Assembly (NCBI GenBank): GCA_036785375.1
Contig: JAWMAR010002394.1
Coordinates: forward strand, 1 to 64,000
DNA from: Leucoraja ocellata
Lineage: Eukaryota
Length of the DNA: 64,000 nucleotides
Direction: 5' to 3'
This document shows, piece by piece, positions 62,540 to 64,000 of the stretch. The translations under genes and the position numbers were made by a program. The notes under the pieces are model-generated. The model ran no database searches. It was not told where the DNA came from and was given only the letters and a program-made list of their open reading frames with translations. The stretch's first letter is position 1. Every line of letters starts with the position of its first letter.

Positions 62540-63894
62540 TAGAAACATAGAAACATAGAAATTAGGTGCAGGAGTAGGCCATTCGGCCCTTCGAGCCTGC
62601 ACCGCCATTCAATATGATCATGGCTGATCATCCAACTCAGTATCCCGTACCTGCCTTCTCTCCATACCCCCTGATCCCCTTAGCCACAAGGGCCACATCT
62701 AACTCCCTCTTAAATATAGCCAATGAACTGGCCTCAACTACCCTCTGTGGCAGAGAGTTCCAGAGATTCACCACACTCTGTGTGAAAAAAGTTCTTCTCA
62801 TCTCGGCTTTAAAGGATTTCCCCCTTATCCTTAAGCTGTGACCCCTTGTCCTGGACTTCCCTAACATCGGGAACAATCTTCCTGCATCTAGCCTGTCCAA
62901 CCCCTTAAGAATTTTGTAAGTTTCTATAAGATCCCCTCTCAATCTTCTAAATTCTAGAGAGTATAAACCAAGTCTATCCAGTCTTTCTTCATAAAACAGT
63001 CCTGACATCCCAGGAATCAGTCTGGTGATCCGTCTCTGCACTCCCTCTATGGCAATAATGTCCTTCCTCAGATTTGGAGACCAAAACTGTACGCAAAACT
63101 CCAGGTGTGGTCTCACCAAAACCCTGTACAACTGCAGTAGAACCATTCGCTTTCTTCACTGCCCGCTGCACCTGCATGCCTACCTTCAATGACTGGTGTA
63201 CCATGACACCCAGGTCTCGCTGCATCCCCCCCTTTCCCAATTGGCCACCATTTAGATAATATTCTGCTTTCCCGTGTTTGCCCCCAAAATGGATAACCTC
63301 ACATTTATCCACATTATTCTGCATCTGCCAAATATTTGCCCACTCACCCAGCCTATCCAAGTCACCTTGCAGTCTCCTAGCATCCTCCTCACAGCTAACA
63401 CTGCCCCCAGCTTAGTGTCATCCGCAAACTTGGAGATATTGCCTTCAATTCCCTCATCCAGATCATTAATATATTATTGTAAATAGTTGGGGTCCCAGCA
63501 CTGAGCCTTGCGGTACCCCACTAGTCACTGCCTGCCATTGTGAAAAGGACCCGTTTACTCCTACTCTTTGCTTCCTGTTTGCCAGCCAGTTCTCTATCCA
63601 CATCAATACTGAACCCCCAATGCCTTGTGCTTTAAGTTTGTATACTAATTTCTTATGTGGGATCTTGTCGAATGCCTTCTGGAAGTCCAGATACACCACA
63701 TCCACTGGTTCTCCCCTATCCACGCTACTAGTTACATCCTCGAATAATTCTATAAGATTCGTCAGGCATGATTTACCTTTCGTAAATCCATGCTGACTTT
63801 GTCCAATGATTTCACCACTTTCCAAATGTGCTGCTATCCCATCTTTAATAACTGACTCTAGCAGTTTCCCCACTACCGATGTTAGACTAACTGG
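62540..63894 (-). mobile_element. CR1 LINE 5'-truncated copy
   Basis: RT ORFs 62637-63146, 62989-63360, 63466-63873; tail reads (TAGAAACA)n on +. Confidence 0.9.
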
Positions 63895-64000
63895 TCAGGG
63901 GGTATGGAGAGAAGGCAGGGATGGGATACTGAGTTGGATGATCAGCCGTGATCATATTGAATGGCGGTGCAGGCTCGAAGGGCCGACTGGCCTAATCCTA

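Overview
Repeat-rich eukaryotic genomic DNA with six N-gaps. It is most likely from a cartilaginous fish (skate/ray), inferred from the repeat content: CR1-clade LINEs, V-SINEs with (AACTA)n tails, Penelope-like elements and Rex1/Babar fragments. Most of the window is transposon debris. Within it is a tandemly duplicated + strand cluster of single-Ig-V-domain receptors with a germline V-J-type exon (YYC...NGHGTDVTV; NKp30/SIRP-like). The cluster appears to form a paired receptor system. Gene B (leader 29090, V 29898-30221, uncharged TM 32311-32436, micro-exon 34948-34979, last exon 37674-37901/37959) has ITIM motifs IIYADL and, in the +1 frame, VVYATV. Gene A (V exon ending at 112, TM exon 4022-4179) has a lysine in the TM helix and a short tyrosine-free tail, i.e. 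activating type. That TM-Lys exon is not shown in its reading frame by the ORF track and occurs in three intact copies (4022, 10089, 47158). Two LINE-truncated V pseudo-exons are also present. Other notable items: a full-length CR1 with an 82-bp monomer-array 5'UTR, minimal hammerhead ribozyme motifs in Penelope-derived repeats, a Tc1 element, a hAT MITE, and a TIR element with 8-bp TSD that contains 31-35 bp micro-elements with the same termini. All family assignments are by eye and need database confirmation.
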